Part shown: in pieces, positions 26,230-39,133 of the stretch
Position numbering within the stretch: position 1 is the first letter of the stretch
Layout of the letters: the number at the start of each line of letters is the position of its first letter
Source: Eledone cirrhosa
Lineage: Eukaryota
Length of the DNA stretch: 64,000 bases
Direction of reading: 5' to 3'
Assembly: GCA_964016885.1 (NCBI GenBank)
Contig: OZ024741.1
Location: 213,714,001 to 213,778,000, forward strand
The notes under the pieces: generated by a model
What the model was told of the DNA's origin: nothing
The model's database searches: none
Seen by the model: the letters and a program-made list of their open reading frames with translations, nothing else
Program-made: the position numbers and the translations under genes

Positions 26230-29200
26230 GGTGGTGGCGGTAGTGGTTAAGGTAGTGGTGATGGAGATGGTAATGATTGTCGTGGTGGTAGTGGTTGTTG
26301 TAGTGGGTGTTGTGGTGGTGGTTGTTGTAGTTGTAGTGGTGATGGAGATGGTAATGATTGTCGTGGTGGTAGTGGTTGTTGTAGTGGTTATCGTGGTTTC
26401 GTAGTCCTGGTGGTTGTAGTGGTTGTTGTGGTGGTGATTGTTGTAGTCGTAGTGGTGATGGAGATGGTAATGATTGTCGTGGTGGTAGTGGTTGTCGTGT
26501 TAGTGGTGGTACTGGTTGTCGTGGTAGTGGTGGTAGTGGTTGTCGTGGTAGTGGTGGTAGTGGTTGTCGTGGTAGTGGTGGTACTGGTTGTCGTGGTAGT
26601 GGTGGTAATGGTTGTCGTGGTAGTGGTGGTAATGGTTGTCGTGGTAGTGGTGGTAGTGGTTGTCGTGGTAGTGGTGGTAATGGTTGTCGTGGTAGTGGTG
26701 GTAATGGTTGTCGTGGTAGTGGTGGTAGTGGTTGTCGTGGTAGTGGTGGTAGTGGTTGTCGTGGTAGTGGTTGTCGTGGTAGTGGTGGTAATGGTTGTCG
26801 TGGTAGTGGTGGTAATGGTTGTCGTGGTAGTGGTGGTAATGGTTGTCGTGGTAGTGGTGGTAGTGGTTGTCGTGGTAGTGGTGGTAGTGGTTGTCGTGGT
26901 AGTGGTGGTAATGGTTGTCGTGGTAGTGGTGGTAATGGTTGTCGTGGTAGTGGTGGTAATGGTTGTCGTGGTAGTGGTGGTAGTGGTTGTCGTGGTAGTG
27001 GTGGTAGTGGTTGTCGTGGTAGTGGTGGTAATGGTTGTCGTGGTAGTGGTGGTAATGGTTGTCGTGGTAGTGGTGGTAGAGGTTGTCGTGGTAGTGGTGG
27101 TAGTGGTTGTCGTGGTAGTGGTGGTAATGGTTGTCGTGGTAGTGGTGGTAATGGTTGTCGTGGTAGTGGTGGTAATGGTTGTCGTGGTAGTGGTGGTACT
27201 GGTTGTCGTGGTAGTGGTGGTAGTGGTTGTCGTGGTAGTGGTGGTAGTGGTTGTCGTGGTAGTGGTGGTAGTGGTTGTCGTGGTAGTGGTGGTAGTGGTT
27301 GTCGTGGTAGTGGTGGTAGTGGTTGTCGTGGTAGTGGTGGTACTGGTTGTCGTGGTAGTGGTGGTAATGGTTGTCGTGGTAGTGGTGGTAGAGGTTGTCG
27401 TGGTAGTGGTGGTAGTGGTTGTCGTGGTAGTGGTGGTAATGGTTGTCGTGGTTGTGGTGGTAATGGTTGTCGTGGTAGTGGTGGTAATGGTTGTCGTGGT
27501 AGTGGTGGTACTGGTTGTCGTGGTAGTGGTGGTAATGGTTGTCGTGGTAGTGGTGGTAGTGGTTGTCGTGTTAGTGGTGGTAGAGGTTGTCGCTGTAGTG
27601 GTGGTAGTGGTTGTCGTGTTAGTGGTGGTAGTGGTTGTCGTGGTAGTGGTGGTACTGGTTGTCGTGGTAGTGGTGGTAGTGGTTGTCGTGTTAGTGGTGG
27701 TAGTGGTTGTCGTGGTAGTGGTGGTAGTGGTTGTCGTGGTAGTGGTGGTAGTGGTTGTCGTGTTAGTGGTGGTAGTGGTTGTCGTAGTAGTGGTGGTAGT
27801 GGTTGTCGTGGTAGTGGTGGTAGTGGTTGTCATATTAGTGGTGGTAGTGGTTGTCGTGGTAGTGGTAGTAGTGGTTGTCGTGGTAGTGGTGGTAGTGGTT
27901 GTCGTGTTAGTGGTGGTAGTGGTTGTCGTGTTAGTGGTTGTATCGGTTGTCGTGGTAGTGGTGGTAATGGTTGTCGTGGTAGTGGTGGTAGTGGTTGTCG
28001 TGTTAGTGGTGGTAGTGGTTGTCGTGGTAGTGGTGGTAGTGGTTGTCGCGGTAGTGGTGGTAATGGTTGTCGTGGTAGTGGTGGTAGTGGTTGTCGTGGT
28101 AGTGGTGGTAATGGTTGTCGTGGTAGTGGTGGTAGTGGTTGTCGTGTTAGTGGTGGTAGTGGTTGTCGTGGTAGTGGAAGTAGTGGTTGTCGCGGTAGTG
28201 GTGGTAATGGTTGTCGTGGTAGTGGTGGTAGTGGTTGTCGTGGTAGTGGTGGTAATGGTTGTCGTGGTAGTGGTGGTAGAGGTTGTCCTGGTAGTGGTGG
28301 TAGTGGTTGTCGTGGTAGTGGTGGTAGTGGTTGTCGTGGTAGTGGTGGTAGACGTTGTCGTGGTAGTGGTGGTAGTGGTTGTCGTGGTAGTGGTGGTAGA
28401 CGTTGTCGTGGTAGTGGTGGTAATGGTTGTCGTGGTAGTGGTGGTAGAGGTTGTCCTGGTAGTGGTGGTAGTGGTTGTCGTGGTAGTGGTGGTAGTGGTT
28501 GTCGTGGTAGTGGTGGTAGACGTTGTCGTGGTAGTGGTGGTAATGGTTGTCGTGGTAGTGGTGGTAGAGGTTGTCCTGGTAGTGGTGGTAGTGGTTGTCG
28601 TGGTAGTGGTGGTAGTGGTTGTCCTGGTAGTGGTGGTAGTGGTTGTCGTGGTAGTGGTGGTAGTGGTTGTCGTGGTAGTGGTGGTAATGGTTGTCGTGGT
28701 AGTGGTGGTAGTGGTTGTCGTGGTAGTGGTGGTAGTGGTTGTTGTGGTGGTGGTAGTGGTTGTCGTAGTGGTGATGGAGATGGTAATGATTGTCGTGATG
28801 GTAGTGGAAGTAGTGGTAGTAGTGGTACTGGTTGTCGTGGTAGTGGTGGTAGTGGTTGTCGTGGTAGTGGTGGTAGTGGTTGTCATGGTAGTGGTGGTAG
28901 TGGTTGTCGTGGTAGTGGTGGTACTGGTTGTCGTGTTAGTGGTGGTACTAGTTGTCGTGGTAGTGGTGGTAGTGGTTGTCGTGGTAGTGGTGGTAGTGGT
29001 TGTCGTGGTAGTGGTGGTAGTGGTTGTCGTGTTAGTGGTGGTAGTGGTTGTCGTGTTAGTGGTGGTAGTGGTTGTCGTGGTAGTGGTGGTAATGGTTGTC
29101 GTGCTAGTGGTGGTAATGGTTGTCGTGGTAGGGGTGGTAGTGGTTGTCGTGGTAGTCGTGGTAATGGTTGTCGTGGTAGGTGTGGTAGTGGTTGTCGTGG

Positions 29201-30390
29201 TAGTGGTGGTAATGGTTGTTGTGGTAGGGGTGGTAGTGGTTGTCGTGGTACTGGTGGTAATGGTTGTCGTGGTAGTGGTGGTAATGGTTGTCGTGGTAGT
29301 GGTGGTAGAGGTTGTCCTGGTAGTGGTGGTAGTGGTTGTCGTGGTAGTGGTGGTAGTGGTTGTCGTGGTAGTGGTGGTAGAGGTTGTCGTGGTAGTGGGG
29401 GTAATGGTTGTCGTGGTAGTGGTGGTAGAGGTCGTCCTGGTAGTGGTGGTAGTGGTTGTCGTGGTAGTGGTGGTAGTGGTTGTCGTGGTAGTGGTGGTAG
29501 AGGTTGTCGTGGTAGTGGTGGTAATGGTTGTCGTGGTAGTGGTGGTAGAGGTTGTCCTAGTAGTGGTGGTAGTGTTTGTCGTGGTAGTGGTGGTAGTGGT
29601 TGTCGTGGTAGTGGTGGTAATGGTTGTCGTGGTAGTGGTGGTAGTGGTTGTCCTAGTAGTGGTGGTAGTGGTTGTCGTGGTAGTGGTGGTAGTGGTTGTC
29701 GTGGTAGTGGTGGTAATGGTTGTCGTGGTATGGTGGTAGAGGATGTTGTGGTAGTGGTGGTAGTGGTTGTCGTGGTAGTGGTGGTAGTGGTTGTCGTGGT
29801 AGTGGTGGTAGTGGTTGTCGTGGTAGGGGTGGTAGTGGTTGTCGTGGTAGTTGTGGTAATGGTTGTCGTGGTAGTGGTGGTAATGGTTGTCGTGGTAGTG
29901 GTGGTAGTGGTTGTCGTTGTAGTGGTGGTAGTGGTTGTCGTGGTAGAGTTGGTAATGGTTGTCGTGGTATGGTGGTAGAGGTTGTCGTGGTAGTGGTGGT
30001 AGAGGTTGTCGTGGTAGTGGTGGTAGTGGTTGTCGTGGTAGTGGTGGTAGAGGTTGTCGTGGTAGTGGTTGTCGTGGTAGTGGTGGTAATGGTTGTCGTG
30101 GTAGGGGTGGTAGTGGTTGTTGTGGTAGTGGTGGTAATGGCTGTCGTGGTAGTGGTGGTAGTGGTTGTCGTTGTAGTGGTGGTAGTGGTTGTCGTGGTAG
30201 AGTTGGTAATGGTTGTCGTGGTATGGTGGTAGAGGTTGTCGTGGTAGTGGTGGTAGAGATTGTCGTGGTAGTGGTGGTAGTGGTTGTCGTGGTAGTGGTG
30301 GTAGAGGTTGTCGTGGTATGGTGGTAGAGGTTGTCGTGGTAGTGGTGTTAGAGGTTGTCGTGGTAGTGGTGGTAGATGTTGTGGTGGTAG
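26230..30390. repeat. 24-bp minisatellite (GTGGTAGTGGTGGTA(G/A)TGGTTGTC)n
   Basis: Unit read directly. Source of the poly-Val and poly-Thr ORFs. Occasional 1-bp deletions (GGTATGG) shift the frame near the end. Confidence 0.96.
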
Positions 30391-30960
30391 TGGTGGTGTT
30401 AGTAGTGATGGTAGTATTGGAGATAGTTGCGGTGGTGGTGGTTGTAGGGGTGGTAGTGGTGGTGGTGGTAGTGGTGGTGTTAGTAGTGATGGTAGTATTG
30501 GAGATAGTTGCGGTGGTGGTGGTTGTAGGGGTGGTAATGGTGGTGGTGGTAGTGGTGGTGTTAGTAGTGATGGTAGTATTGGAGATAGTTGCGGTGGTGG
30601 TGGTTGTAGGGGTGGTAGTGATGGTGGTGGTAGTGGTGGTGTTAGTAGTGATGGTAGTATTGGAGATAGTTGCGGTGGTGGTGGTTGTAGGGGTGGTAGT
30701 GATGGTGGTGGTAGTGGTGGTGTTAGTAGTGATGGTAGTATTGGAGATAGTTGCGGTGGTGGTGGTTGTAGGGGTGGTAGTGATGGTGGTGGTAGTGGTG
30801 GTGTTAGTAGTGATGGTAGTATTGGAGATAGTTGCGGTGGTGGTGGTTGTAGGGGTGGTAGTGGTGGTGGTGGTAGTGGTGGTGTTAGTAGTGATGGTAG
30901 TATTGGAGATAGTTGCGGTGGTGGTGGTTGTAGGGGTGGTAGTGATGGTGGTGGTAGTGG
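30390..30960. repeat. 81-bp tandem repeat, 7 near-identical copies
   Basis: AGATAGTTGCGG at 30421, 30502, 30583, 30664, 30745, 30826 and 30907 (exact 81-bp spacing). Confidence 0.95.
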
Positions 30961-31214
30961 CGTGGATGCTGTTGTGAGAGAATGAAATTGAGAGAACAAA
31001 TGTTTACAGAGAAAATAGTGTTGAGTGAGTGTGTGTGTGTATGGATATATATATATATGTGTGTGTATGGATATATGTGTGTGTGTTTATGGATATATGA
31101 GTGTGTGTGTGTGTGTATATATGAATATATATATGCACGTATGTATACATATGTATACATATGCATATATATATATATATATATGCATATATATGTATAT
31201 ATATACATATATGC

Positions 31215-31258
<44 letters not shown>

Positions 31259-31578
31259 ATATGTATATATGTATATGTCTGTGTGTACGTATATGCATAT
31301 ATAAAAGCATAGAGATAAAAAGATGAATGGGAGAGAAAGAAACGAAAGAAACGGTGAATATAGGAGAGAGAGGGAGAGAGAGAGAGCAGTGACTGGGTAA
31401 GAGAGGGAGGAAGTGTTGGGTGAGGGAGAAGGGAAGGTGTAACGGGAATGAGGGAGTGGGAGAGGTGTGGGGAGAAGTGTAAGACAATTTTATTGAAAAT
31501 AACAGATATGTGTGTTTAATGAAATTTACGTGTTTGGTATGTAAAGAATTCAGACAAGGTTTGGTTCGGTGTGTAGCG

Positions 31579-31609
<31 letters not shown>

Positions 31610-32759
31610 ATGTGTGTGTGTGCTGGTGTTTAGTGGTATGTGTATGTGTGTCTGGTGCGGTATGTGTGTGTATATATATGTAAATGTGTGTGTGTGTGGT
31701 GTTTTTGTATGTGTGTATATATATATATATGTAAATGTGTGTGTGTGTGTGGTGTTTTTTTATGTGTGTGTATATATATATATATATATAAAGATGTGTG
31801 TGTGTGCTGGTGTTTAGTGGTATGTGTATGTGTGTGTGGTGCGGTATGTGTGTATATATATATGTGTAAATGTGTGTGTGTGTGTAGTGTTTTTGTATGT
31901 ATATATATATATATATCGTACGTGTTTATCTGATGGAGTGTAAGTATTATATATATGTGTGTGTGTCTGTGTGATGTGTGTATATAAGTGTGTGTATGGT
32001 GGTGGTGTGTATAAATGAATGTTTGTGGATGTATGTATATATATATATGTATTGTGTATATGTGTGTGCGTGTGTGTGTTTGGTGGGTGGTGGTGGTCGT
32101 ATATATGAGGTGAGGTGGTGGTGGTCGTCGTATATGAGGTGTGGTGGTGGTCGTATATATGAGGTGTGGTGGTGGTCGTCGTATATGAGGTGTGGTGGTG
32201 GTCGTATATATGGTGTGTGGTGGTGGTCGTCTTATATATGAGGTGTGGTGATGGTAGATATGTTGTGGGTGGTGCTAGTGGTGGGTTAGTAGTGGGAAGG
32301 AAGATGGATGGAAGGAGGCAAAGAGGATACAGAAGAGATGAATGAATGAAGAAACAGAAACATTTTAGAATATGAAGTATTGAAGAATAGAAGAAAAGGG
32401 ATGAAAGAAAATATAATAATTGAAGAAAATTGGAAAAAGAATTAAAGATTTGGAGAAGTATTGAAGAAGATTTGAGGATGACTTGAAGAAAGAGAAAAAT
32501 AATTTATGTTCCTTCTCTTTCTCCATTTCCGTGTTCAATTCTTTAATTAGAACATGTCATGATGGAACATGTATGTTTATAAAACCGTGAAGAATATTTA
32601 GATATTGGCTCTCAACTTTTTCTTAGAAATTGAAGTTATAACTCTCTAAAATAAATACATTTAGAGGCCGAGTGCATAGTTAACTCACCGGATATGAGAG
32701 ACCCTTAGTTCTTGTTAGGACATCATCTCAAGTAAACGTATTTAAGACTATTCAACAGA

Positions 32760-33030
32760 ATCAGAATTCGTAATATAATCGCCTTGTCTCCCCACACCCC
32801 CGGCGGACAGAATGGAGAAGGCGTTTCCCGGAGGACAGCAAGGGAGACGCGCTGGAAAAGCCACTCCAACACCTGGGGCTTACACCTGCGGCTGGCCAGC
32901 TCAGCGCCCATGGTGGTGAGTAGGGGGGTAGCCCTAGGGCCGAGGACACCAGAAGTCTCCACTGCCAAGGGTACAACCGCAAACCTGTCAGAGAGCGGCC
33001 GGTATTTGAGGAGTTTGGCCTCCTCAGCCC
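32760..33030 (-). pseudogene. 3' fragment of a CRE-like non-LTR retrotransposon (restriction-like endonuclease C-terminus)
   Basis: Minus-strand translation AEEAKLLKYRPLSDRFAVVPLAVETSGVLGPRA...WLFQRVSLAVLR, then (after a 1-nt shift) NAFSIL. This matches the K..KY / P.AVET.G / QR.S.A..RGNA pattern of CRE-clade elements. Confidence 0.75.
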
Positions 33031-33579
33031 GTGAAAATTCTGATGTAAAATCTGCGACTCGATGACAGCCAATGATGTGACCTGTTGTTTTGGGATACTT
33101 CTCACCATTGTTCAGAGAATGGGATTGTTCCAGTGCAAGACCATTCTTCGCTTGATCTAAATACAGGCGTCACTTGATCTTTGGGTACGTGTTTTTTAGC
33201 AGAGTTCACTCTCTTGCAGGCATTTGCATTATCATTAGATTTGTGAAGGTGTACTTCTTTCTTTCGTTGCAGTATGGACTGAATTTTAATCTGATCATCT
33301 TAAAGACAAAGTAGGAAATGGCCATGCTCAAGCAACACTCGTGAAAGTTGTTTAGATCAAGTAATGGTGCTAAACCGGGCAATGGATTAAGCCTACTATG
33401 CAAGGATCAGATAGTGGTGGAAAATGAGGTGATGGATTAAGTTTACAATCCCAAAATGAAGTAATGTTTTAAAACCGGGTGACGTATTAAACCACCACCA
33501 TCAGAATATAACGATGAAAAAAGTTATCAGAGAGAAGTGGTCCAATGAGGTGGCCATATAGGGGTGGCCTTATGAGGTC

Positions 33580-34150
33580 TTAGAGACGTGGTCTTAGAGA
33601 CGTGGTGGTAGAGACGTGGTCGTAGAGACGTGGTCGTAGAGACGTGGTCGTAGAGACGTGGGCGTAGAGACGTGGTCTTAGAGACGTGGGCGTAGAGACG
33701 TGGTCTTAGAGACGTGGTCGTAGAGACGTGGGCGTAGAGACGTGGTCTTAGAGACGTGGTGGTAGAGACGTGGTGGTAGAGACGTGGCCGTAGAGACGTG
33801 GTCGTAGAGACGTGGGCGTAGAGACGTGGTCTTAGAGACGTGGTGGTAGAGACGTGGTGGTAGAGACGTGGTGGTAGAGACGTGGCCGTAGAGACGTGGT
33901 CGTAGAGACGTGGGCGTAGAGACGTGGTCGTATAAACGTGGTCGTAGAGACATGGTCGTAGAGACGTGGTTGCAGAGGCGTGAGCGTAGAGACGTGGTCG
34001 TAGAGACATGGTCGTAGAGACGTGGTCGTAGAGACGTGGTCGTAGAGACGTGGGCGTAGAGACGTGGTCGTAGAGACGTGGTCGTAGAGACGTGGTCGTA
34101 GAGACGCGGTCGTAGAGACGTGGTCGTAGAGACGTGGTCGTAGAGACGTA
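33580..34150. repeat. 14-bp CpG-containing minisatellite (TAGAGACGTGGTCG)n, about 40 units
   Basis: Unit read directly. Confidence 0.95.
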
Positions 34151-34405
34151 GACTTTGCTACGCCCATGATGTGGTACGTTCATCAAAAAAGAACCTCTGT
34201 GATAATGAAGCTTGGCACCAGCAGCGATTGCGAGATCTCTAATTGCGTATTACTCATATTTTCTGTATATTCTTCGTGTAGAAGAAACACTTGGGAAAGT
34301 TTCCAAGTTCACACACACATGTGGTTGTGTGTGTGTATGTGTGTATGTGTATATATACATATATGGGTGTGTGTATATATAATTATATATATGGGTGTGT
34401 ATATG

Positions 34406-34558
<153 letters not shown>

Positions 34559-34982
34559 GTGTGTATATATATATGTATATATGTATGTCTATGTATGTAT
34601 ATATATATTTATATCCATGCATCATCACTTATGTCTATTTAAATATTTATCTTCCTGCAAGCTATCTCTATATGTCGATATTTAGTCTCTCCCCCTCATC
34701 CATTATCTCTCTCTCTATATATATATATCTATTTATCTCTCTCTATATCTACCTATCTATCTCTCAGCCTATCTATCTATATTTGTCACTCTCTCTCTCT
34801 CTCTTTCGTATTTTGTCCTTTTTTTATTTCATTATTTTATCAAATTTAATTTAATTCCTTATCAGCTTCTAGAAGAAATAGGGCAGGGCAAAATATAGAA
34901 TTTTGAGAGCAGCAACAGCAGTAGTAGTAGCAACAACAGTAGTAGTATTTTTTTTTTTTACTACTACTTAAATTATATGCGC

Positions 34983-35016
<34 letters not shown>

Positions 35017-35183
35017 ACAAAAAGAAAAGTTGAAAATAGACTTGGAGGTTTTATCATTTATTCACATTAACTTAACCGATTAACTTTCACAATTTCATGA
35101 TGTTCAAAAGTAGTGTAAGATGGAGATAGGCTATAACTGTTTTGCTTCTCTCTCTCCTCTCTCTATGTATGTGTGTGTGTGTG

Positions 35184-35229
<46 letters not shown>

Positions 35230-35268
35230 GTATTAACGCCTGAAGGAAGGTCACTATTTTGATACCCA

Positions 35269-35457
35269 AGGGCGGTGGATTGGCATTATTGGTAGAGGGT
35301 CGTACGCCATGCTTTGCAGCAAAGACTTACGGCCCTTTATCGTCTGAGTTCAAATCCCGTCGAGGTTAACTTTGCCTTTCATCCTTACGGGGTCGATAAA
35401 ATAAAGTACCAGTAATACACTGGGTAATTTGCTGGCCTTGTGCCAAAAGTAGAAACA
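35269..35457 (+). mobile_element. SINE S1, full copy with a 14-bp target-site duplication
   Basis: TSD ACTATTTTGATACC at 35253-35266 and 35458-35471. Confidence 0.93.
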
Positions 35458-35571
35458 ACTATTTTGATACCTATTGTTTTCTGGAGGTATAGTGAAAATT
35501 TGACTTTGAAACCTTGGTTAGCACATTTGCTCCGTCTATGGATATAAATAAATTATATATATTAGTTATTT

Positions 35572-35735
35572 ATAACAAAAAAGGTGTGGTAAGATACCAG
35601 GTGGAACATGACGCACCAGAATACTCGATACTTAGGGTAGTAGAGTGGGTAATAGGAAAAGTCAGGACCCCTGACTTTTTTCCTATTACCCACTCTACTA
35701 CCCTAAGTATCGAGTACTCTGGTGCGTTATGGTCC
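35572..35735 (-). mobile_element. Family A palindromic insert (arms about 35603-35666 / 35670-35735)
   Basis: Hairpin centred on GTCAGG-ACC-CCTGAC; same tail sequence as 22050-22128. Confidence 0.75.
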
Positions 35736-35740
35736 TGACT

Positions 35741-35800
<60 letters not shown>

Positions 35801-35808
<8 letters not shown>

Positions 35809-36094
35809 AGAACAGAAGATGGTTAAAGGAGTTCCATGTATTTTATTATGCGCATTTCAAAAACAAACATCATCATGCAATAATATTTGTGTTTTCATCA
35901 TGTTTTATCTGATGAAAACACAAATATTATTGCATGATGATGTTTGTTTTTGAAATGCGCATAATAAAATACATGGAACTCCTTTAACCATCTTCTGTTC
36001 TTATATATTATGTATACTTCAGTCCTACAAACTGTAGAGTGCTTCTTATCCGATATCTGCATTGCTTTATTGTACTACAATAAAACTCACCTCC

Positions 36095-36098
<4 letters not shown>
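35801..36098 (+). mobile_element. Palindromic insert (100-bp perfect arms 35801-35900 / 35910-36009) with a unique tail, between (TA)n tracts
   Basis: Arms are exact reverse complements by eye; 9-nt spacer. Confidence 0.85.
35902..35970 (+). ncRNA. Minimal type I hammerhead ribozyme fold, canonical core
   Basis: GUUUUAU-CUGAUGA-[AAACACAAAUA...UGUUUGUUUUU]-GAAA-U-GCGC-A-UA|AUAAAAU; palindromic loop III (AUGCGCAU). Confidence 0.75.
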
Positions 36099-36130
<32 letters not shown>

Positions 36131-36131
<1 letters not shown>

Positions 36132-36306
36132 CTAAAGAAATTTTAGTCTGATAATGGGGTTTAGAACCTTCAGATTAATGGAAAAAGATGAGTATTGACT
36201 TAACGTCAATACTCATCTTTTTCCATTAATCTGAAAGTTCTAAACCCCATTATCAGACTATTTTCTAATTTCAAACCTGCGCACTGTTTCAAAACATACT
36301 TACTTG

Positions 36307-36308
<2 letters not shown>
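36131..36308 (+). mobile_element. Palindromic insert (56-bp arms 36144-36199 / 36205-36260) plus a tail, between (TA)n tracts
   Basis: One mismatch between arms; no hammerhead core found. Confidence 0.8.
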
Positions 36309-36362
<54 letters not shown>

Positions 36363-36697
36363 TATATATGCTCGGTGTCATGGAAATAGAAACTTTTGGC
36401 GGCCGCCTTCATGGTTAACCTACTAGGTGTGAGAGGTCCTTAGTTTTTGTTAGGAGATAATTATAGGAGAAAGAAAAATCTGGTGTCAAATCTGCGACTC
36501 AATGGCAGCCAATGATGTTGAATCGTTTTCTTGTTGGATGCCTGTCAACGTTGTTCATAAAGTGGGATTGAGCCAATGCAAGACCTTTCTTCACTCGTAA
36601 AAATCGTTTATATCAAGTGGTGCCTGTATTGAAATCGAGTGTTGCGTGAGCATGGATTTTTCTTTTTTACTTTCGTTACAGCATAGGCAGAAAGGAA

Positions 36698-36865
<168 letters not shown>

Positions 36866-36882
36866 CTATATATATATATATA

Positions 36883-37289
36883 TATATTAATAAAAGGAAT
36901 TCCAACTTTGTCTGATTTACTCGTTTTATTTACAATCCTTTAAAATTTATAATGGTATTAGAATTAAATAATACGGTAGAGTATTAAATGTTAAGTGTTA
37001 ATTGAACAAGTACTTTCATGCTTTCGCAATCTTCAGGTTCATAATGTGTGGTGACAGTCAAGTTTGCAATTTTCAACCTTGAGTGTCACCACACATTATG
37101 AACCTGAAGATTGCGAAAGCATGAAAGTACTTGTTCAATTAACACTTAACATTTAATACTCTACCGTATTATTTAATTCTAATACCATTATAAATTTTAA
37201 AGGATTGTAAATAAAACGAGTAAATCAGACAAAGTTGAAATTCCTTTTATTAATATAATCTTCTATACACAATCATACACACTCGTGTA

Positions 37290-37290
<1 letters not shown>
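36883..37290 (+). mobile_element. Palindromic insert (~184-bp arms 36883-37066 / 37074-37257) plus a tail, between (TA)n tracts
   Basis: Near-perfect inverted repeat; each arm holds a full hammerhead fold. Confidence 0.88.
37099..37137 (+). ncRNA. Minimal type I hammerhead ribozyme fold (mirror copy at 37003-37041 on the minus strand)
   Basis: UGAAC-CUGAAGA-U-UGC-GAAA-GCA-U-GAAA-GUAC-UU|GUUCA; palindromic AGUACU stem/loop III. Confidence 0.72.
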
Positions 37291-37375
<85 letters not shown>

Positions 37376-37543
37376 CACACACACACATATATGTATATAT
37401 ATATATATATATGCAAAAGTTCAATTTAAATTGTTGGGATACAACAAGCAAATATTATTATAACTGATATAAAGCACTCGACAAATATTTGGAGTAGATA
37501 TACAATATTAATAAATGGAAACTATATTTATAAAACCATATTT

Positions 37544-37606
37544 ATTTCATTATATATATTTCAAGAATAACAAGTTAAATCATGGTATGCCTTCATCAGA
37601 CAAAAT
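37544..37606 (-). ncRNA. Minimal type I hammerhead ribozyme fold, enclosed by ~40-bp inverted repeats (37501-37543 / about 37603-37660)
   Basis: Minus strand: AUUUUGU-CUGAUGA-[AGGCAUA...UAUUCUU]-GAAA-U-AUAU-A-UA|AUGAAAU. Confidence 0.65.
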
Positions 37607-37657
37607 ATGGTTTTATAAATATAGTTTTATAAATATAGTTTCCATTTATTAATATTG

Positions 37658-37710
<53 letters not shown>

Positions 37711-38111
37711 GTTCAAACTGAATTGGTCTGTCCCAGTCATTCATTGAGCAACATCGGTGAAGTTGGCACCCTTAACTCACAGTTGGGTGCGGATGCATTC
37801 ATGTATATATGTGTGTGTCCGCATGTATCTGTGTGTTTCTAAATATATTAATAACTCCCTCTGGTCGAGCAATCTTTGAGGTGTGGGGACAACTGGAAAG
37901 CTTCCATTACTCATACTTCTCGCCTTCTTCACTACCTCTTCTGCGGCCTCGATATGAATACCCCCTCCGCCTCCGTGGTATTTTCTTCGTTGTTATAAGA
38001 GGCTTAGCTCTGTTTTTCGACCGTTATATCGCGTGACTATCTCCCCCTCCGCCTTTTGGGATTCTTTCTCACGTCGTGTGGACGCGTTCTTGAGACTAGT
38101 AAAATGAGGTA

Positions 38112-38199
38112 TCCTCTTGATAAGTCGGCAGACCTCGCAAGGACTCTATATCTTTGATATATTGTTTTTGTTTATGCCACGAAACTACGTAGTCGAGGA
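38112..38199 (+). ncRNA. Type I hammerhead ribozyme fold, U3-A8 core variant, long stem II
   Basis: UCCUC-UUGAUAA-GU(C)GGCA...UGCC-AC-GAAAC-UACGUA-GUC|GAGGA; stem III is the perfect palindrome ACUACGUAGU. Confidence 0.82.
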
Positions 38200-38393
38200 A
38201 TTTAGGAACAGTTTAGGTATGATACATTTTATTACTAATTATATCTAAATGTTTCTTCTCTCTTCATAATGTATATATATATATATATATATATATATGA
38301 TTCCTTTCTGCCTATACTGTAACGAAAGAAATAAAGAAAAAGCCATGCTCACGCAACACTCGATTTCAATATATATATATATATATATATATA

Positions 38394-38910
38394 CAGTAAT
38401 TCCCCGCTATATCGCGGTTCACTTTTCGCGGTCCCACTACGTCGAGGTAATCATCACTACATCCTGGATTTTTCGTTAGAACATATCTATTTGTTTTATC
38501 GCGGTACGTACGTCTGAATAAAAAGATTTCATAAAAATGTTTCTATTCTTCATTCCATTACTGTTTTACTGATTATGTTTTTCTCTAATCTCCTACAAAC
38601 CCATCATAGATTGACGGGAGATGTGCAGTGTATTGTCAAGCGGCTAACGTGGTTGGTAATGGTTGTCATTGGTAACTAGTTGTACGAAGGCTAGTGGTAG
38701 TTTCAATACGATAGTTAGTGGCTGTTTTTGGTGTTTAAATACAAAAGTGTGTTTTAATGAGTTTATATGTACTTACATCTTGTAGGAGGGGTATTTGAAG
38801 GTTTAAACTATGAAAAACACGGTTGTCTTTATGGTTTCTCTATATCGCGGATTTTCATTTATCGGGGTTGGTTCTGGAACGTATCCTCCGCAATAAACGG
38901 GGGATTACTG
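38394..38910. mobile_element. Non-autonomous Tc1/mariner-pogo (Tigger-like) MITE, 517 bp
   Basis: TIRs CAGTAATTCCCCGCTATATCGCGG and CCGCAATAAACGGGGGATTACTG. TA on the left and TG on the right. Subterminal TCGCGG repeats. No transposase ORF. Confidence 0.8.
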
Positions 38911-39095
38911 TGTGCGTGTGTGTGTGTGTATATATATATAATATTGGATATTAATCTAAGTTGTAGCTTCCATATAACAGGTACTAATCGAATAGTTTGA
39001 AGCAATCATATATATATATTTGGTTGTCAATTATGAAATTTATAGAAATTTTTTTTTTTTCTACAGATTTCATACTTGATGACCCAATATGTGTG

Positions 39096-39128
<33 letters not shown>

Positions 39129-39133
<5 letters not shown>

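Noticed and set aside
26388-30999. Poly-Thr, poly-Val, GSGGSGCR (keratin-associated-like) and Pro-rich ORFs
   Set aside because: They arise from the 24-bp and 81-bp tandem repeats. 1-bp deletions shift frames, and no signal peptide or splice context is visible.
33580-34150. Possible CRISPR-like array
   Set aside because: There are no unique spacers (only a 3-nt variable slot), no cas genes, and the context is eukaryotic.
36144-36260. Hammerhead in this palindrome (CTGATAA...)
   Set aside because: There is no GAAA, stem III or cleavage triplet in the required position.
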